This document shows positions 58,600 through 64,000 of a stretch of 64,000 nt of DNA, piece after piece (the stretch's first letter is position 1; each line of letters begins with the position of its first letter). The stretch is from an uncultured candidate division Zixibacteria bacterium (GTDB taxonomy: Bacteria > Zixibacteria > MSB-5A5 > GN15 > PGXB01), in assembly GCA_963702205.1 (NCBI GenBank), contig OY969724.1, forward strand, positions 928,001 to 992,000, read 5' to 3'. The notes under the pieces are model-generated. The model was given only the letters and a program-made list of their open reading frames with translations, made no database searches and was not told where the DNA came from. The position numbers were made by a program, and so were the translations under genes.

Positions 58600-60775
58600 A
58601 TGAGTCAGCCAGACAAGATTTACAAAAATCCCATATTTGTCATCCTGTTGCTGGGCCTCGGTACTACGGGTCGCATTTTTGATCTCTTATTACGGCTCGC
58701 CGGACTGGGCGAGGCTGGTGGTCGACGCCGACTTTCACCATCGCTGGGCGATGGCCATCTCCGGGGGCGACATAATCGGCCACGATGTTTTTATCCGGGG
58801 GCCGCTCTATGTTTATCTTCTCGGCGCGGTCTATTTTGTTTTTGGCCCGTCGCTTTTGGCGGCGAGAATATTGGGGATGATTATCGGGCTGACTTCCGTC
58901 TGGCTGACATATCGGATAGCTTATGGACTGTGCGGTCAGAAAGCCGCGCTTTGGGCGGCGATGCTCCACACATTATATCCCGTAATGATATATTTCGAAA
59001 GTGAGCTGCTGGTCGAACCGCTGTTCCTGCTTTTGATGGAATGTTCTATTCTCTATTATCTGAAGGCGCTCGAAAGCTTCAAGATAAAGCCTCTGATTTT
59101 AACCGGTGTTTTTATCGGACTGGCCACTATCGCCCGGCCGATCATTCTTGGCCTGGTACCGCTGTACCTGATCTGGTTGTTTGTTTCGAATTCAAATCGA
59201 CGCGACGACGTCAAGGCGGCGGCGACCATTGTAATTTCTATGATTGTGGTCATCGTGCCGGTATCGATTCGAAATCTGGCCGTCTCCGGTCAGTGGACGA
59301 CCGTTGCAGCATCAGGCGGCATCAATCTGTATATCGGCAACAACCCGCAGGCCGACGGCATATCGGCGGTCTTTCCGGGCATTGGCAGCAACTGGGAGAT
59401 GAAAGACGTCCGGCAACTGGCCGAGACACAAGCCGGGCAGGATATGACGACGGCCGAGGTGTCTTCATATTTCGGATCGAAAGCCGAGAACTGGATATTG
59501 AAACATCCGCTGACATTTGCGGGGCTGTACTTCAAGAAATTATACTTCTGTTTTACTAACCGAGAAATTTCCAACAACCGGTATATAAAGCCGTTTCTGA
59601 ATCAGTTTTATATTTTTAAGTACAATCCGGCTTCGTTCGGGATCATTTTCTTTTTGGCGGTCGTGGGTGTTGTTTCTTTTGTTAAGGACCGCAGGTTTAA
59701 CAGGAATTTGCTTTTTATAGGTTTGTTTATTCTCGGTTACTTCCTGCTTATTTCGCTGTTTTTTGTCAACGCCCGGTTTCGCCTGCCGGTCATACCTTTA
59801 ATTATGATTTTCTCCGGTGCGGGAATATCTTTCGCGGTTACGACTATAATCGAAAAGGGCAATTATAATGGTCTGCTCTGGCTGGTGCCGGTCGCGGTGA
59901 CGGTCGGATTGATATCGTACACGTCGTTTTTTGAAGTTACTTTATCCGAAGATATCGCCGTGCGGTTCCGTCGCGCCAATTATTATCTTCATTCCGGTAA
60001 GTACAGCGAAGCGGCTCAGGAGTACAGAGGTGTTTTGAAAAGTCAACCCGATTATCCCGGAGCTAATCTTAACCTGGGTATTTTGTACCATAAAATCGGT
60101 CAGGTCGATTCGGCTATGAGTTTCATAAACAAGGAACTGTCTTTTCATCCCGATAATACCGAAGCCTATATCAATTTGGCCAACATTGCTTTGGTCCGCA
60201 GAGATTTTACCGGCGCGGAACGGGACTGCCATAAAGCCCTGTCGTTGGACAGCACCAATCAGGACGCCTATGCCGCCTATATCACCGCTCTGGCCGCGCA
60301 AAACGACAGTCTGGGTTTGAAAAACCTCCTGCCCAAGATAGAAAAAAACGTCACCGACAAGCAAACCGTCTATTACGAAATCGGTCTGGCGTATTCGGGA
60401 TGGGGTTTGTATGATGAAGCTGCGGATTATTTATCAAAATCTTTCGCAAATCCAAACGAGCCGATAGAAAAGCAGGACTGGACCGATGAGGACTGGAAAG
60501 AAAGAGAGGCGATGAAAAACGGGATGCGGGCCAGGGCAGGAAGTGAACTTGGGTATCTGTATGGTATGAAAAATATGTTCGATTCCTCAATATATTACAG
60601 CTCGCAGGCGCTCGCTCTGGATTCGAACATTGTGAAAGCCTATGCCAATCTTATTGCAGCGTATATGGGGAAAGGCGACCGGGCCGACGCCTATAATGTT
60701 GTCGGGCTGGCGCGCGTGAGATTCCCGGTTAATCAGATGTTTATCGATATGGAAAGACGGCTCCATGGAAATTAA
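58600..60775 (+). CDS. GT39/ArnT-PMT-like membrane glycosyltransferase with C-terminal TPRs, apparent +1 frameshift at ~58660
   Basis: MSQPDKIYKNPIFVILLLGL then, after a shift, VLRVAFL...VDADFHHRWA...GPLYVYLL...ELLVE...GGINLYIGNNP...ARFRLP; TPR repeats follow. Confidence 0.85.
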
Positions 60776-60835
60776 ACCATACAAAATGCCCCCCATTTTA
60801 GGCCTGTTGAAAGAGGTGCACGGATGGTGCAAGAA

Positions 60836-60934
60836 GTAGGTCGGGTTCCGAGTGGAGCGTAACGTAACGAGAAACCCGACAACAAGATGTCGGCTTTCTC
60901 TCCTGACTCCGTCAGGATTCGGAAGCCGACCTAC
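60836..60934. repeat. Inverted pair of GTAG-family REP-like palindromes
   Basis: GTAG-GTCGGGTT...AACCCGAC (60836-60880) and inverted GTAG-GTCGGCTT...AAGCCGAC (60889-60934). Confidence 0.75.
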
Positions 60935-61050
60935 TGTTTTTTCAACAAGCCATTTTACGTGGACGGCAGATGTCCGCACCCGCCCATCTTCTTTGCTTAT
61001 TTCATCGCTCGGGCACTTGTGGACAAGTGCCGCGCACAATCTGCCCCGTT

Positions 61051-62373
61051 CTACATTTTCCCGACCACTGATGTATACCGCCGATTGTCGTTAAACTGAG
61101 ACTTGATGTAGGTATTCAAGTCTTCCAGCCTGATATCATCGGTCATGTTGATCATATCGAGCACGAACCGGTAACCATAGCCGACGTATTCATAGTATGC
61201 CATGTTATTGGCGCGGTTGTTCTTTTTGTCTATGGAATAGATCAGGTTGTTGTTCATGTTCGTGACGGCGTCGGTCAGTTCATCCGCCAGAACCCCGTCG
61301 CTGACCAGCGCGGCCCACTCCCGGTTCAGTGAACTCAAAGCCGTTTTGACTTTCGCGGTATCGGTCCCGATGGCGGCCAGAAACGCGGCGTCGTACTTAT
61401 CGACGGCATACTGGGTATAAACCGCATACGCCAGCTTTTCGGTCTGTCTCAGATACCACAGGCGGGAGCCGACGTTATTGCCCATGATTTCATTCAACAG
61501 CCGTAAGTACGCCACCTCGATCGGCCGGGGCTTATCCAGCATGTTGCCGGTGTAAATAAACGATTGATTGCGATCGTACTTGATGAAACCATTTTTATCG
61601 GCCTGAAGCTGGAGATCGGGCTTAGGCACATCGCGGGCGGTCGCCCCGATTTTTCCCAGGGTCTTTTCGACAACCGGCAGAAGTTCTTCGGGTGTCTTAT
61701 CCGAAGCCAGCGAGAAAATCAGGTTGGGACCGCCGATGTACTGCTGGTACTGCGTCCTTATATTATCGGCGCTGATTTTCGCGATCGATTCGGCGGTGCC
61801 GATAAGCGGCAGCCCGTAGCCCTTGTCACCGTAAACCGTTTTCCAGAAAAGCTTGTACGACGCCTGCGACTGGCTGTCATCGAGAGATTTTATATTTCCG
61901 TCGACTTCGCTTTTGAGTTTATCCAGTTCTTCTTCGGGAAAAGTCGGTGACATAAGCGACGTGGCTATGATGTCCAGCACTTCCTCGAAGTACTCCGACA
62001 GGACCGTCCCCGATATGGTACTGTAATCACGAAAACAGTCCATCGATATATTGGCTCCGAGAAAATCGAGGCTGTCCGTTATTTGCGCCGCCGTCATCCG
62101 GTCGTTGCCTTTCAGCAGCATGCGGGTCATCAGGTTGGTGATGCCGTTGTTCTCGGCCGTTTCGGCCAGAACGCCCCCGGCGATCAACAGGCGGAACGAC
62201 GTCAGCGGCGTCGAGGTGTCGTGGTTGACCAGGACAGTTGCGCCGTTATCCAGCATGGTCTTGCCGTAGCCGTCGGCGTCCAGAGTAATCTTCTGGGCAG
62301 TCTTCTGGGCGCAGCCGACAAACAGCACGGCGGTCAACAGCATCGGGAATGTTAATGCAAATATTTTTTTCAT
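61051..62373 (-). CDS. M16 peptidase family lipoprotein, non-catalytic subunit
   Basis: Lipobox FVGC; HxxEH replaced by NLMTR; SRLW...R...LAY substrate motif retained. Confidence 0.88.
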   Translation of the reverse strand: MKKIFALTFPMLLTAVLFVGCAQKTAQKITLDADGYGKTMLDNGATVLVNHDTSTPLTSFRLLIAGGVLAETAENNGITNLMTRMLLKGNDRMTAAQITDSLDFLGANISMDCFRDYSTISGTVLSEYFEEVLDIIATSLMSPTFPEEELDKLKSEVDGNIKSLDDSQSQASYKLFWKTVYGDKGYGLPLIGTAESIAKISADNIRTQYQQYIGGPNLIFSLASDKTPEELLPVVEKTLGKIGATARDVPKPDLQLQADKNGFIKYDRNQSFIYTGNMLDKPRPIEVAYLRLLNEIMGNNVGSRLWYLRQTEKLAYAVYTQYAVDKYDAAFLAAIGTDTAKVKTALSSLNREWAALVSDGVLADELTDAVTNMNNNLIYSIDKKNNRANNMAYYEYVGYGYRFVLDMINMTDDIRLEDLNTYIKSQFNDNRRYTSVVGKM

Positions 62374-63665
62374 TGTGGCACCACCGTAGTTTTGACGTAT
62401 GAATCGGTGTTCAGATATTTCTTCGCGGCTTCGTTAAGTTGTGCCAGCGTTACTTTCTCTATATTGGCCGCGTACTTATCGACAAAGGTATAATCGCCGT
62501 AGGCGGCGTCCTGTGCGTAACTGTCGGCGCGGTCGAGTCCGCGTTCCAGCGAGCCGTAATAGCCCGTCTCGATCTGGTTTTTGGCTTTGCGCAGTTCTTC
62601 CTCGGTAAAACCGTTTTGCCGGGCGTCCTTGAGAACCTCGACAATGGCTTTCTCGACCTGTGGGATTTTGTCCGGATCCATCGTGGCACTGGCGTAAAGC
62701 GTGCCCTCATACTTGCGGGTATTGAATGAAAACCCGGTACTGTAGACGATTCCCATTTCGTCCCGGAGCTTTTTCCACAGACGGCTCGACTCACCGTTGC
62801 CGAGCACGGTGGCCATGATGTCCAGCGGAAACTGATCGGGGCTGTCGAACTTGGGTCCCACTTCGGCCATAATCAGGTAGGCCTGATTGACGTCCTTGGC
62901 GATCTTAATCGGTTGGACCTTTTTATAAACCGGCGGCTCGGCGTACATATCCTGCGGGGTCGAACCTTTGGGGATCCCATCGAAATATTTCTTAACCAGT
63001 TCCAGAGTTTTTTGCGGGTCGACGTCGCCGATGATCACCATCGTCATATTATTGGGGGCATAATAGCGTTTGTAGTAGGCATAAACCGAATCGCGGGGAA
63101 TGTTCAAAACGTTCTTCGGCGTTCCGAGGACATTTTTGGAATATGGATGCTTGCCGTAGAGCGTACTGAGGGTGGCGCGGTACGCTTTGCCGAACGGATT
63201 GTCCTCGGTGATATTGATTTCCTCGCACACCGCCTGACGCTCTTTGTCCATCTCCGCCTTGGGGAAATTAGAGTGGAAGAGCATGTCGGCGTGAATTTGC
63301 AGGGCAAAATCAAGATATTCTTTCGGCAATGAAATTACGAAATCGGTCCAGTCCGACGACGTATATCCGTTAAAATAGGCACCGTGCTTTTTCATGGCGT
63401 TGCCGACTTCATCACCGGTCATCTTGTCGGTCCCCCGAAACAGGATCAGATGTTCCAGAAGGTGTGTGGCGCCGTCGAAATAGTCGGTTTCGTTTTTCGC
63501 GCCGACCTTTACGGTCGTCGAAATGTTGACCTGCGGGACCTGATGATTTTCCTGTATAATGACTTTCAACCCGTTGTCGAGCTGGGTTACCTGAAGGTCC
63601 GAGGCGGGAGCCACCGTCGGCAAAAGAACCGCCAGCAGGCAGAGAAGCTTAAGTACAGAACGCAT
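62370..63665 (-). CDS. M16 family zinc metallopeptidase, catalytic subunit
   Basis: Signal peptide; HLLEHL, NGYT, ERQAVCEE and SSRL...R...Y motifs. Confidence 0.93.
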   Translation of the reverse strand: MRSVLKLLCLLAVLLPTVAPASDLQVTQLDNGLKVIIQENHQVPQVNISTTVKVGAKNETDYFDGATHLLEHLILFRGTDKMTGDEVGNAMKKHGAYFNGYTSSDWTDFVISLPKEYLDFALQIHADMLFHSNFPKAEMDKERQAVCEEINITEDNPFGKAYRATLSTLYGKHPYSKNVLGTPKNVLNIPRDSVYAYYKRYYAPNNMTMVIIGDVDPQKTLELVKKYFDGIPKGSTPQDMYAEPPVYKKVQPIKIAKDVNQAYLIMAEVGPKFDSPDQFPLDIMATVLGNGESSRLWKKLRDEMGIVYSTGFSFNTRKYEGTLYASATMDPDKIPQVEKAIVEVLKDARQNGFTEEELRKAKNQIETGYYGSLERGLDRADSYAQDAAYGDYTFVDKYAANIEKVTLAQLNEAAKKYLNTDSYVKTTVVPQ

Positions 63666-63827
63666 TTCCGTTCCTCCTTTTTAAATATTTTGAAATTTAT
63701 ATATCGCCAATATATGCAGGAATATACGTAAATTTGCGCGGCGGTGTTCAAAAATCATTGAACAACCGCCAATTTGGGCCGTCAGTCGAATAAAGTATAA
63801 TTGAGTATCTATACGGGAGGCGATGCA

Positions 63828-64000
63828 TTGAGGAAAATATCCATAATAATTTTATTACAATTAATATTCATCGCGGCTATAATTCCGGCCTGTGGACAAA
63901 AAGCCAGGCAGGAAAATAACATGAACAAACATATTTTTGCCACCGCTGTTATCTGGAAAGAACAACTGCCGGATATCGTCCGGCTGGCTGAAAGTATCCG
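63828..64000 (+). CDS. Probable lipoprotein, 3'-truncated by window edge
   Basis: GGAGG followed by TTG; MRKISIIILLQLIFIAAIIPACGQK lipoprotein-like signal; open to the window end. Confidence 0.6.
   Translation, partial: MRKISIIILLQLIFIAAIIPACGQKARQENNMNKHIFATAVIWKEQLPDIVRLAESI

Overview
Gene-dense bacterial chromosomal window (standard genetic code; no rRNA, tRNA, CRISPR or transposase recognised). PorV-like and FlgD/T9SS-CTD proteins together with alternative complex III suggest an FCB-related lineage such as Zixibacteria (inference only). Left to right: (1) a 5'-truncated polytopic membrane cytochrome c and glnS; (2) a tightly coupled minus-strand operon behind a sigma28-type promoter, encoding a ~2865-aa secreted beta-helix/Ig protein with a T9SS-like C-terminal domain, a PorV-TPR fusion, a membrane HAMP-PP2C phosphatase, a STAS-HATPase fusion, a STAS protein and a GAF-PAS histidine kinase, which is a candidate trans-envelope partner-switching system; (3) a group 3b [NiFe]-hydrogenase operon with a Rex/CRP-type operator; (4) a LuxR/kinase/4xREC/HD-GYP/HDOD signalling cluster; (5) hypFCDE; (6) a tetrahydrobiopterin-type cluster (folE, a triple-domain PTPS, a sepiapterin-reductase-like SDR, phhB); (7) a complete ACIII + caa3 oxidase cluster with heme A/O and Cu assembly genes; (8) housekeeping genes (xth, LOG, SRPBCC, tag, methyltransferase, MgtC/DUF4010), a GT39-TPR glycosyltransferase, a GTAG-type REP doublet and an M16 peptidase pair. 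Three genes carry apparent +1 frameshifts, each next to a GTAC palindrome, which probably reflects methylation-linked sequencing errors.
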